Source: an uncultured Planctomycetaceae bacterium (GTDB taxonomy: Bacteria > Planctomycetota > Planctomycetia > Planctomycetales > Planctomycetaceae). Taken from it: DNA of 64,000 nucleotides. Location of the stretch: the NCBI GenBank assembly GCA_963976765.1, contig CAXBME010000007.1:186001-250000 (forward strand), in the 5' to 3' direction. Below are positions 1 through 8,994 of the stretch, in pieces; the stretch's first letter is position 1; every line of letters begins with the position of its first letter. Both the position numbers and the translations under genes were made by a program. A model generated the notes under the pieces. That model ran no database searches. It saw nothing but the letters and a program-made list of their open reading frames with translations, and was not told the DNA's origin.

Positions 1-77
1 ATGTGTGCGCAAACGCCTTCTCCGCATCAGCTGAGGCTGCGATCACTGCCGTCGGCGGTTCTGTGGTTCGCGTTTGA
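1..77 (+). CDS. rplO: 50S ribosomal protein L15, C-terminal end (truncated by window start)
   Basis: Frame 3 reads VCANAFSASAEAAITAVGGSVVRV* (TGA 75-77), resembling the L15 C-terminal 'AxxFSxxAxxxIxxxGG' motif; directly upstream of secY. Confidence 0.85.
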   Translation, partial: VCANAFSASAEAAITAVGGSVVRV

Positions 78-98
78 CGCCGGATAGGAACGTGACTG

Positions 99-1460
99 AT
101 GGTCGAGAAGTTTTTGCTGCTGTTTAAGATTCCCGAGCTTCGTCGGAAACTTCTGCTGACTGTGATCCTGCTGGCCGTTTATCGGATGGGATTCTGGATT
201 CCCTTGCCTTTTGTTGATCAAGCGGCAATTCGGGAGAGTATCCAGAAGATGCAGGAGGGCGGCGACACCGGCTTTGGCCAGGTGATGCAGATCGTGGCGT
301 TGTTTTCGGCTTCCAAGGTCGGAAATGCGACGATATTTGGCCTCGGTATCATGCCGTACATATCTGCGTCGATTATCTTTCAGCTGCTCGGACAGGTCTA
401 CCCACCGCTTGAGGCTCTTCAGAAGGAAGGCGAGTCCGGGCGAAAAAAAATAAACGAATACACGCGGTACGCCACCGTATTGATATGTCTCGGTCAGAGC
501 TTCTTTTGGATACTGGCGTTATCGAGTGGCAAGTTGTTTGGCGTGAATGTCATTCTCAATGAGTGGAACCATTGGTATTGGCATCTTGTTGGTGCACTTT
601 GGATGACAACCGGAACGGTTGTCCTGATGTGGATTGGCGAGCAGATTGACGCCTACGGTTTAGGTAATGGAATCAGCCTGTTGATCATGGCTGGGATTGT
701 CGCTCAGATGCCTAACGGTGGAGCGATGCTTTTTGAACCAGCACTCAGGAATGGAATCCGAATTGGAACCGAAACTGGCATCGAAAGGTTTCTGATGCTT
801 GGCGCGGTGTTTGTTGGGGTGGTTGTTTGGGTGGTGCTAATCACGCAAGGCCAGCGGCGGATTCCGATACAAAGCGCAAAACATGTTCGCGGACGTCGCC
901 AGGTTGGCGGTCAGCGGCAGTTTTTGCCGTTGCGGCTCAATCAAGCGGGTGTGATGCCGATTATTTTTGCATCCAGCCTCCTGATGTTTCCTTACATGGT
1001 CTTTAATTGGCTGGCACAGGTTGTTGATAACAGGCTCATTACTATACTCGCTCAGGCTTTCGGAGGAGGCAGGGGATATATCTACTCGATGTGTTACATT
1101 GGGTTGATTTACTTTTTCTGCTATTTCTGGACGGCAATCACCTTCAACCCTCGAGAGATTGCGGCAAATTTGAAGGATCACGGAAGCTTTATTCCAGGCT
1201 ACCGCCCAGGTGCAAGAACATCGAACTACCTAGAGTCAGTAATGGTGCGAATCACTTATGTGGGGGCAGCTTTTTTATCGCTGATCGCGGTGATTCCGAC
1301 CTTGATTGCCAGCTCTATGGGGATCGACCCTTTGATTGCGAGCTTCTACGGCGGAACTGGGCTCCTCATTGTGGTGTCGGTCGCACTCGACTTGGTTCAG
1401 AAAATTGACAGTCATTTGATCACGCGGAACTACTCCGGGCTACTTGAGTCCGATAATTGA
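99..1460 (+). CDS. secY: Preprotein translocase subunit SecY
   Basis: LGIMPYISASII, WIGEQIDAYGLGNGISL, GVMPIIFASS, FIPGYRPG motifs; multiple TM segments. Confidence 0.99.
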   Translation: MVEKFLLLFKIPELRRKLLLTVILLAVYRMGFWIPLPFVDQAAIRESIQKMQEGGDTGFGQVMQIVALFSASKVGNATIFGLGIMPYISASIIFQLLGQVYPPLEALQKEGESGRKKINEYTRYATVLICLGQSFFWILALSSGKLFGVNVILNEWNHWYWHLVGALWMTTGTVVLMWIGEQIDAYGLGNGISLLIMAGIVAQMPNGGAMLFEPALRNGIRIGTETGIERFLMLGAVFVGVVVWVVLITQGQRRIPIQSAKHVRGRRQVGGQRQFLPLRLNQAGVMPIIFASSLLMFPYMVFNWLAQVVDNRLITILAQAFGGGRGYIYSMCYIGLIYFFCYFWTAITFNPREIAANLKDHGSFIPGYRPGARTSNYLESVMVRITYVGAAFLSLIAVIPTLIASSMGIDPLIASFYGGTGLLIVVSVALDLVQKIDSHLITRNYSGLLESDN

Positions 1461-1484
1461 TTGAAACTTCAGTAGGATTGAGTA

Positions 1485-1601
1485 ATGAAGGTCCGGTCCA
1501 GTATCAAACGAATATGCGAACAATGTAAGATTGTTCGACGCCGAGGCAAGGTTTATGTGATTTGTCCGGCCAACCCAAAGCACAAGCAGAGGCAGGGATA
1601 G
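1485..1601 (+). CDS. rpmJ: 50S ribosomal protein L36 (Zn-ribbon type), absent from the ORF track
   Basis: Manual translation [38 protein letters not shown] with CxxC...C...H. Confidence 0.98.
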   Translation: MKVRSSIKRICEQCKIVRRRGKVYVICPANPKHKQRQG

Positions 1602-1605
1602 GATA

Positions 1606-1992
1606 ATGCCACGTATTCTCGGGGTCGACGTACCAAACGATAAGCCGACATATATTGCACTGACCTATCTTTATGGGGTTGGGACAGTTACGGCTATTTC
1701 TCTGTGTTATCAGCTTGGTGTTGATCCGCAGGCCAAAGCTTCAGCGCTGGGCGAAGACGACATCGCCCGTATTAACACGCACCTCGACAAAGAGCTAACT
1801 GTAGAAGGTGCTCTGCGACGTAAGGTGCAGCAGGACATTTCGCGTTTGAGGGAAATTCGATGTTATCGCGGAATCAGGCACCGAAGGGGATTGCCTGTCA
1901 GAGGGCAGCGGACCAGGACTAACGCACGCACGCGTAAAGGTGTCAAGAAAACTGTGGCGGGAAAAAAGGGCGTGAAGGATATGAAGCACTGA
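1606..1992 (+). CDS. rpsM: 30S ribosomal protein S13
   Basis: [10 protein letters not shown]..., [23 protein letters not shown]. Confidence 0.99.
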   Translation: MPRILGVDVPNDKPTYIALTYLYGVGTVTAISLCYQLGVDPQAKASALGEDDIARINTHLDKELTVEGALRRKVQQDISRLREIRCYRGIRHRRGLPVRGQRTRTNARTRKGVKKTVAGKKGVKDMKH

Positions 1993-2047
1993 TCCATCTC
2001 TCCGGTGGAGCATTAGTGACAGTTTCCTAGTCCGCGAAAGAAATACG

Positions 2048-2428
2048 ATGGCAAAAGTAAAAAGAAAAAAGATCAGAAAAAACGTCACCAAGGCAGTGGC
2101 TCATGTCAAAGCAACCTTCAATAATACATTGGTTACCATTACGGACACCAGCGGTGATGTACTTTGTTGGGCGACAGCTGGCACATCCGGTTTTAAGGGC
2201 AGTCGGAAAAGCACTCCGTTCGCGGCTCAGCGCGCCGCAGAGATTTGCGCCGAGCGTGCTGCGAAACACGGCGTGAAAGAGATTGAAGTTCGCGTAAAGG
2301 GGCCAGGCGCTGGTCGTGAAAGTGCGATCACTGGGCTTCAGTCGGCGGGAATCAGCGTTAAGGTGATCGAGGACGTGACGCCTCTGCCTCATAACGGCTG
2401 TCGTCCACCAAAGAAACGGCGAGTTTGA
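2048..2428 (+). CDS. rpsK: 30S ribosomal protein S11
   Basis: [38 protein letters not shown]. Confidence 0.99.
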   Translation: MAKVKRKKIRKNVTKAVAHVKATFNNTLVTITDTSGDVLCWATAGTSGFKGSRKSTPFAAQRAAEICAERAAKHGVKEIEVRVKGPGAGRESAITGLQSAGISVKVIEDVTPLPHNGCRPPKKRRV

Positions 2429-2486
2429 TTCGTTATACGTGATGTTTCTGTTTCGGGTTTTGCGGTTAAGTTGAGAGGGAGCGGTA

Positions 2487-3497
2487 ATGAGAATTCGTTG
2501 GAGAGGATTTGAGCTTCCAAGCCGAGTCGTGCCCGAGCAGGATAGTCTGACTTCGACCTATGGCAGGTTTGTGGTAGAGCCTTTTGAACGAGGTTTCGGT
2601 CACACGATCGGTAACAGTCTTCGGCGAATCCTTCTGTCAAGCCTTGAGGGTGCTGCAATCACTCAAGCTCGCGTGCTGGGTGTCAAGCATGAGTTTACGG
2701 CGATCCCTGGTATTGTTGAGGATGCGACAGAGATTTGCCTGAATTTGAAGTCAGTTGTCTTGAAACATCACGGTGCGGGGCCGAAGACTGTTCGTATTGA
2801 CAAGCATGAGCGTGGCGTCGTCACAGCAGGTGACATTGTTTGTGACGATCAGATTGAGATTGTAAATCGTGATCTGGTCATTGCTACGATGACGGACGAT
2901 GTGCCATTCAGTGTTGAACTGTCAGTCGAGACCGGGCGTGGCTATGTGCCGGCAATCGAACGGTACAACGACGGCGTCGAGCCAGGTGTAATCCCGTTGG
3001 ATGCAAGTTTTTCGCCAGTGGTGAGAGTTCGTCACCGTGTTGAGGAGACACGTGTGGGCCAGAGGACGAATTACGATCGTCTAATTCTGGAGATCTGGAC
3101 TAACGGCACAGTGTCACCTGAGATGTCGCTTGTGGAGTCTGCCAAGATCATGAGAAAGCATCTGAATGCCTTCATCTCCTACCGGGAACCTGGGCCCGAA
3201 GTAGCGCCAGAAGGCGGGTTGAAGGGCATGATGGAAGCGACGGGGTACGCACCGATTGATCTGGAGCTGGAAGAGAAGCTTGGCCAGAGTCTGGCGGAGT
3301 TGAACCTTTCGGTTCGTGCAACCAACTGCTTGGAGTCAGAGGGAATCAATACAGTTCGTGACTTGGTTTCGCGATCAGAGGATCAGCTCTTACAGGTTCG
3401 AAATTTTGGTGAAACTACGTTGGTCGAAGTGCGGGAACAACTTGGCCTAATCGGGCTCAGGCTGGGGATGAAGGTTCCACAGCAGAATCGCGGCTAG
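2487..3497 (+). CDS. rpoA: RNA polymerase alpha subunit
   Basis: [22 protein letters not shown]; alpha-[12 protein letters not shown]...NFG. Confidence 0.99.
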   Translation: MRIRWRGFELPSRVVPEQDSLTSTYGRFVVEPFERGFGHTIGNSLRRILLSSLEGAAITQARVLGVKHEFTAIPGIVEDATEICLNLKSVVLKHHGAGPKTVRIDKHERGVVTAGDIVCDDQIEIVNRDLVIATMTDDVPFSVELSVETGRGYVPAIERYNDGVEPGVIPLDASFSPVVRVRHRVEETRVGQRTNYDRLILEIWTNGTVSPEMSLVESAKIMRKHLNAFISYREPGPEVAPEGGLKGMMEATGYAPIDLELEEKLGQSLAELNLSVRATNCLESEGINTVRDLVSRSEDQLLQVRNFGETTLVEVREQLGLIGLRLGMKVPQQNRG

Positions 3498-3556
3498 TCT
3501 AAGTGCGTTCGAATTATCATTTACATAGTTCTGCTCTGATGTTTGAAGGTTAAGTC

Positions 3557-4171
3557 ATGCGGCACCGTATGAAGGGTCGGAAGCTGGGTAGGAACGGTTC
3601 GCATCGTAAAGCGATGTTCCGTAACATGGCTGCGAGCTTAATAAAGACTTTGGATCAGGACGTGGATGGCGAAGGGTCACCTAAAGTTCCTGGCCGGATT
3701 ATTACAACTACGCAGAAGGCAAAGGAGCTGCGTCCGCAGATTGAGCGGCTCGTAACCTTAGCGCGTAAAGCGGCGGTGATCGAGGAGAATGCTCGTAATT
3801 TTGCCACCAACGCGGAACGAGGTTCGGACGAGTGGAAAGAGTGGCGTCAGTCGGCCAAGTGGACCGAATGGAGCCAGGCGATGGCTCCCGCAGTTGCCAT
3901 GCGGCGGCGCGCCTACGCCGTTCTCCGTGATCACGATGCCGTCTCCATTCTGTTTTCTGTACTTGCTGAACGATTCGCGGACAGGAATGGCGGCTACACA
4001 AGGATTCTCAAACTGGCCAAGCCTCGTTTGGGCGATGCGGGTCAGCGTGCATTGATAGAATTCGTCGGGGAGAATGATAGAGCTCGTGCGACAAAGAGCA
4101 ATTCTAGTCTTTCGGTCCAGGATGATGCTCCGGCAGATGAGGTTAAGGTTGGCTCGCCCGATTCTGAATAG
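3557..4171 (+). CDS. rplQ: 50S ribosomal protein L17 with internal insertions and acidic tail
   Basis: MRHRMKGRKLGR, ITTTQKAKELR, RNGGYTRILK...RLGD. Confidence 0.97.
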   Translation: MRHRMKGRKLGRNGSHRKAMFRNMAASLIKTLDQDVDGEGSPKVPGRIITTTQKAKELRPQIERLVTLARKAAVIEENARNFATNAERGSDEWKEWRQSAKWTEWSQAMAPAVAMRRRAYAVLRDHDAVSILFSVLAERFADRNGGYTRILKLAKPRLGDAGQRALIEFVGENDRARATKSNSSLSVQDDAPADEVKVGSPDSE

Positions 4172-4730
4172 ATTTCATTTAGGCAAGGATGATGTCTTTT
4201 CGAAGTGTGAGTGAGCAATGAATCTTGCGGGCTCAGTAGCGGCATGAGAATGTGTCGACCTATGAGTCAGAGGGTCAAGCCGAGTCTGGAGTATCGGTAG
4301 CTGAACCGAAGACGGTCGGCGATGAATAAGACCAGGCGGTCTCGCTGTGTCTGGGGAAGCCTCTGAAAGTGAGCGATCGTTGGGCGCCGCGATAGTCGGC
4401 TTGCAAAGTCGCGTGCTGGAGATCGCGGAAACGGTCGGCTAAGAGGCAATTCTCCGGAGAGTCAATAGGTGGGATTCTAAAACGGAGAATCACCTACTGG
4501 GGTCTTAGGATATTGATGCCGAATTCGCGGCCTGCACGGAAGATCTGCTGGACGTGTATGCCCGGCCTTATGGTGTGCTCGGGTCGTGACCTGCATAGGC
4601 GGCAGACGGTGTAACTGGTGAAAGAGACGCATCAGCTAATCGCGGCAGTCAGAACGCATCCGAAGCGAGTGGATTTTGAATGCGAACGGGCTGGTACGTT
4701 CTTTGTCTGCACGTTCATAGCTCATCCTTT

Positions 4731-4906
4731 CCTGGTGTCAGGCAACGGCTCGGGAGCATGGCCGCGATTCTGACTGGGCACTGGAAGTGAAAGTTCGTCA
4801 AGATGGGTGGTACGCGGACTGCTGGAGGCCGACAGTTCGATGCCGACCGGGAAATGAAGACCGGCGACGCCCGCTGTACCCCACACCCAACTGACGCTGC
4901 ACCAGG
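4731..4906 (-). ncRNA. Candidate structured RNA (nested hairpins) directly upstream of an RBS and a 28-aa ORF; identity unknown
   Basis: Closing stem CCTGGTG (4731-37)/CACCAGG (4900-06); inner stem 4796-4817 against 4871-4896; innermost GCCGACCGG/CCGGCGAC hairpin. Confidence 0.45.
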
Positions 4907-4970
4907 TTCGGGGTCTGGCTGGGTGATTTTTCTGCCGGGGAGCCAGGTTCTTTGCTGGACACTGAGCAAT

Positions 4971-5003
4971 AGGGCTTACGTAGAGTTGGACGTAAGTCCT
5001 TTT
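4971..5003. terminator. Hairpin, probable intrinsic terminator
   Basis: AGGGCTTACGT-N8-ACGTAAGTCCT followed by TTT; lies in the gap between convergent rplQ and fhcD. Confidence 0.55.
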
Positions 5004-5102
5004 CGTTAACGCGGTGTCATGTAAGAGCTGGTGGATTTGCGGCGATAGTCGGTGCCTGTTCTGGCTCGCTTCGAACGATCAGCGTTCAGAATTCTGCCCA
5101 AC

Positions 5103-6029
5103 TTAGCCGTCGATCAGGTCTTTCAAATGAAAATGGTGCTTGCCGAGTTTGCCGCCATAGTTGCCGGCGGTGATCAGCGTCACTCTTTCGCAGGCCGCCG
5201 CCGCATGCAGTCCATCCTTCATCGAGTGCTGAATCGCTTCGTAACTCAGTCCGTCGATGACAATTTCGTAAACGGCCTCCGAACCTTCCGGCAGAGCTGA
5301 TTTTGTTCGTGCCCGCAGAGTCGGGCAGTAGGCGTCGTTCGTACTGGCTGGAAGTTTCCTGTAGATCGATCCAACCTTGCTTCCGCTGCGGACAATTCCG
5401 CCAGGGAACGGAAGGATTGTGTCGGCGACTTTTCGCATCGCGGTGACGGCGGCGTCTGCCGCATTGAGTGCCGCCGCCTGGTCGACTCCGCAGATCAGCA
5501 GGTTTCCGCCACCGATGCCGGTCAGTGTTCCGATTTTGTTTTCGCAGACGAATTCGCCGTCCATTACCGGAATTCTCCAGAAGCGTCGGTCGCCGAGTTT
5601 CTTCGCAATCTGGTTTCCATCGCCGAAGAACCGCAAAGCCGCACCGACCGGAATCTGACGTTCCTTGTCGCCACCCGGCAAGCCATCGTAGCAGGCGGTT
5701 GTCGGGCAGGTCAGCACGCACTGGCCGACTCGATCGGCGACAGCTTTCGCCAGTTCGTCGCGGCTAAACGCAAAGACCAGAACGGCGACACCAGGACGAC
5801 CATCGGGAGTTTCGTCAGCCGAAAGTTGTCGCTCGGTGGCCGCTTCAACTTTGCAGGCAATTACGCTGGTGGCGAAGCCGCAGAACTCGTCAGCAGCCGT
5901 CTGGGCCCAGCGATAGCTTTCGGCGGTAATGATCAGCCGGGTTCCCGTGACGGGAAAGGCTTCGGCGAACGTATCGTCGACGTTGACGCCGTTGATCTGA
6001 AAATGTGTCGCTTCGGCGGTAGCTGTCAT
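5103..6029 (-). CDS. fhcD: Formylmethanofuran:tetrahydromethanopterin formyltransferase (Ftr/FhcD)
   Basis: [57 protein letters not shown]. Confidence 0.96.
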   Translation of the reverse strand: MTATAEATHFQINGVNVDDTFAEAFPVTGTRLIITAESYRWAQTAADEFCGFATSVIACKVEAATERQLSADETPDGRPGVAVLVFAFSRDELAKAVADRVGQCVLTCPTTACYDGLPGGDKERQIPVGAALRFFGDGNQIAKKLGDRRFWRIPVMDGEFVCENKIGTLTGIGGGNLLICGVDQAAALNAADAAVTAMRKVADTILPFPGGIVRSGSKVGSIYRKLPASTNDAYCPTLRARTKSALPEGSEAVYEIVIDGLSYEAIQHSMKDGLHAAAACERVTLITAGNYGGKLGKHHFHLKDLIDG

Positions 6030-6056
6030 AATATTCTTTGAACTCGTCTAATTACG

Positions 6057-6135
6057 GAACGCAGAGTGCGCTGGAGTTTCGCAGTGGTACGGAGGCTCGC
6101 CTCTTCTCCGCGAGACCTCTGCGCACTCTGCGTTC
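6057..6135. repeat. Intergenic palindromic repeat (GAACGCAGAG family)
   Basis: Perfect 15-bp inverted repeat GAACGCAGAGTGCGC/GCGCACTCTGCGTTC; related copy at 8848-8934. Confidence 0.75.
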
Positions 6136-6269
6136 AAATCTTTCAAACAGAAAGACGAATGATGCGAGAAGCGTACCGCAAAAAGATCAATTGCTGAATC
6201 AAGCCGGCTGCAGGACTGGCATTACCCACCTGTATTCTGCTGGGTGGTGTCTACTCGACACGCTAGCAA

Positions 6270-7727
6270 TTATTCCTCAGAACCCTGCTTATCGAAATAG
6301 CGTTTGACGACGGAGCGGTGCCGAGGGCGGATGGTGCCTTTCCAGGTCTCGTCGCCGGATGCGGCGGTGGCTGCTCGAGCGGCGGACCGGGGAGCAGTGC
6401 CGGCGACGTCGGTTTCCGGAGTGGCGATCGTGATGCCGACAACTTCGTCGCGAGGCTTGTCGAGCATGCCTGGTGGCAGGACGGATTCCTTGAACTTTGT
6501 GTTTTCGAGCGAGGATTCGTCGCCCCAGGTCAGGTCGGCGTCTCCGCGCCCTCGGCTGATTCCGCCGCTGCCGGGGTTTCCGCCCGCACATTGACCACCG
6601 GCGTTCGGGCAATTGGGGCAGGTGCAGGCAACGTCTGCCGGGCCGCTGCATTCACAACCGGCTTCGCAGCCAGGGCATCCCTTACACTTGCCGCCTTTAC
6701 ATTTGGAACGAAGTTCAGACAGTTTCTTTGATTCGCCGTCCAGGAATTCGCCCAGCTCGTCCATCAGTTCAGACAACTCAGCCGGATCCTTTGGCAGCTG
6801 AAACTGGCCATTGCCCGCGGAGTTCTTCATGAGCCGCTGCAACTGGTCTTTGAGATCCTTCGGCATGTTGTCGAACGCTCCTTTGTCGGCCATTTTCTGC
6901 AACGTCTCCAGCACGTCTTTGCTGAGCATTTCCATCGACTCGACTGACAGTTTTTCGAAATCTCCGTCGGCGGCATTCTTCAACGCGGCCAGAGACTGCT
7001 GAGCGGTCACCAGTTCGGCGGCCGTCGTTTCGACCCGCATCCTCATGCGTTCCTGCAGAGCGTCGACGGTTTCCCATTTTTCGTGAGTCAGAGGTGTGTC
7101 CTTTGTTTCTTCGACCAGTTTGGCGATCTCGTCTTCCAGCTCCCGCTTTTCTTCCTCTTCGAGAACGTCGGACTTTTCGAGTTCCGTCAGCAGTTCCTGA
7201 AGCTGCGACGTCGCCTGCTCGCCCGCGGTGTTCCTGAGCGTCGGCGCGGCTTCCGCTTCGCGAAGAGGCACCAGGCATGCGGCCAGCACAAACACAAACG
7301 GCCCGGCCATCTGCCGCGCAAACCTCACCGGTCGATACTGCGGCAGGCTGGTCTTCCACAGAGTCTCCAGTTGAGGCAGTCGTTCTTCCCACAGTTCATC
7401 GGGCGCTTCGCACAGTGTCATCAGCAACCCGCCGGCCTCGAGACGGTTATCCAGCAGTGCGACCGATTCCGTCCGAGAGAACAATTCACGACCCGAGATC
7501 CACCACGCCGCAAACGCGACTGGAACAGCTCCCGTAACCAGCCACAAAACGTTCGGCCAGAACTGCGGCATTGCGAGCTTCGTCATCAGTACAACGCTGC
7601 CCAGGACAAACAGATAAGCCGCCAGCCAGTCTGCTGCGGATGTCAGAAACTGCCCGAACCGCAACCGCTTCCAGCACCGGGCGATCCAGACTTCCGCATT
7701 CGCCGTTGATTGTTTTCCTGCGGCCAT
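6270..7727 (-). CDS. Membrane-anchored coiled-coil protein with Cys-rich linker, unknown function
   Basis: AGGAG upstream of ATG 7727; about three N-terminal TM segments, E/L/K-rich helical middle, 10-Cys segment, C-terminal RHRSVVKRYF. Confidence 0.85.
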   Translation of the reverse strand: MAAGKQSTANAEVWIARCWKRLRFGQFLTSAADWLAAYLFVLGSVVLMTKLAMPQFWPNVLWLVTGAVPVAFAAWWISGRELFSRTESVALLDNRLEAGGLLMTLCEAPDELWEERLPQLETLWKTSLPQYRPVRFARQMAGPFVFVLAACLVPLREAEAAPTLRNTAGEQATSQLQELLTELEKSDVLEEEEKRELEDEIAKLVEETKDTPLTHEKWETVDALQERMRMRVETTAAELVTAQQSLAALKNAADGDFEKLSVESMEMLSKDVLETLQKMADKGAFDNMPKDLKDQLQRLMKNSAGNGQFQLPKDPAELSELMDELGEFLDGESKKLSELRSKCKGGKCKGCPGCEAGCECSGPADVACTCPNCPNAGGQCAGGNPGSGGISRGRGDADLTWGDESSLENTKFKESVLPPGMLDKPRDEVVGITIATPETDVAGTAPRSAARAATAASGDETWKGTIRPRHRSVVKRYFDKQGSEE

Positions 7728-8169
7728 AGCTTCGGCTCTCCTGCTGCGGGAACGTTTTACCACAGTTGATTAACGAAACGAATTCAAGAAACGAATCACG
7801 ATCGACAATGTGGCAATGAGCATAGTCTATCGTACAGCCAGGGTAACGGGAGCCCTTCTCGAAACACTCGCCATGCACCCTGCTGAAATTGTTCCAGTAC
7901 CATCGGTTTGCCAAATCAACGTCAGGAGACGCCGCATCCAGCATCGCTGCGAACAAAACCAGCAACCATCAACCAGCCAGTCTACCTCACCGCCCAAACC
8001 TCGCTTATAACTTCCGTAAAGGGGATGACTGCAGGCAATCAAAGCACCTGCCATTTTCAATCGAAAGACTCAATCGACGGCTAGCTTTACGTTCAGAAGA
8101 CTCAAGCCGTGCGTGGGTTGCTTCTCTCAGAGTCAGTGTTCCAAACTCGTTCGAAACCGGTGTTTCAGC

Positions 8170-8829
8170 ATGTGGGTGAAAATCTGCGGAATTCGCGACG
8201 TCGCCACGGCGGAGCAGATCGTCTCGTTGAAGCCGGACGCGGTCGGGCTGAACTTTTTTGCGAAGTCACCTCGCTGTGTTGATCGATCGGTCGCTGCTGA
8301 AATTTCCAGCTCGCTGCCTGCGTCGGTCGAGTCTGTTGGGCTTTTCGTGAATCACGGGCTGAACGACGTGCTCGATACGGCTCAGCAGTGCGGCCTGACG
8401 ATGATCCAGTTGCACGGCGACGAACCTCCCGAATTCCTCGCCGAGCTGAAGGGATGTTCCGACGACGTCAGGATTCTGCGGGCGTTCCGGGTGGATAATC
8501 GAGGGCTGGCTGATGTCGCGGAGTACCTCGCCGAATGCCGGAAACTGCACGTTTGCCTGGCAGGCTGCCTGATCGATTCCCGCGTTGATGGCGAGTATGG
8601 CGGGACGGGGCACACAGCCCCTTGGGATTTGCTGGCGGATCAGTATGATGCCGACCGCTGGCCGCGATTGATCCTTGCTGGCGGCCTGCATCCCGGCAAT
8701 CTGGCGGACGCCGTTCGGGTGACGAACCCCTTCGGTGTCGACGTTGCCAGCGGTGTCGAGTCTGAACGCGGAGTCAAAGATCTGACTCTGGTCCGAGACT
8801 TCATCCAGGCCGCGCGGCAGGCAGACTAA
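8170..8829 (+). CDS. trpF: Phosphoribosylanthranilate isomerase
   Basis: MWVKICGI, SPR, QLHGDE, GGTG, LAGGL, DVASGVE. Confidence 0.96.
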   Translation: MWVKICGIRDVATAEQIVSLKPDAVGLNFFAKSPRCVDRSVAAEISSSLPASVESVGLFVNHGLNDVLDTAQQCGLTMIQLHGDEPPEFLAELKGCSDDVRILRAFRVDNRGLADVAEYLAECRKLHVCLAGCLIDSRVDGEYGGTGHTAPWDLLADQYDADRWPRLILAGGLHPGNLADAVRVTNPFGVDVASGVESERGVKDLTLVRDFIQAARQAD

Positions 8830-8847
8830 CTAACTCGTGCGAATTTT

Positions 8848-8934
8848 GAACGCAGAGGTCGCAGAGTTTGAAAAACGCGGAGGTACAAAAGAGGTCGCCT
8901 TCTTCTCTACGAGTATTCCGCGAACTCTGCGTTC
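8848..8934. repeat. Intergenic palindromic repeat (GAACGCAGAG family)
   Basis: GAACGCAGAG...CTCTGCGTTC arms with internal CGCAGAG/CGCGGAG iterations. Confidence 0.65.
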
Positions 8935-8994
8935 CGTTCAATTCAATAATCGAATTCAAATCACATTCTGGATAATTGAAAAGGCTCAAGTCTC

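Noticed and set aside
4495..4560. Minus-strand QQIFRAGREFGINIL as a remnant of the IS110 GID motif
   Set aside because: Resemblance too weak, lacks the catalytic Asp and is not contiguous with the stub ORF
7764..8169. Short ORFs in the divergent gap before trpF
   Set aside because: No RBS or protein-like signal I can support; probably promoter region
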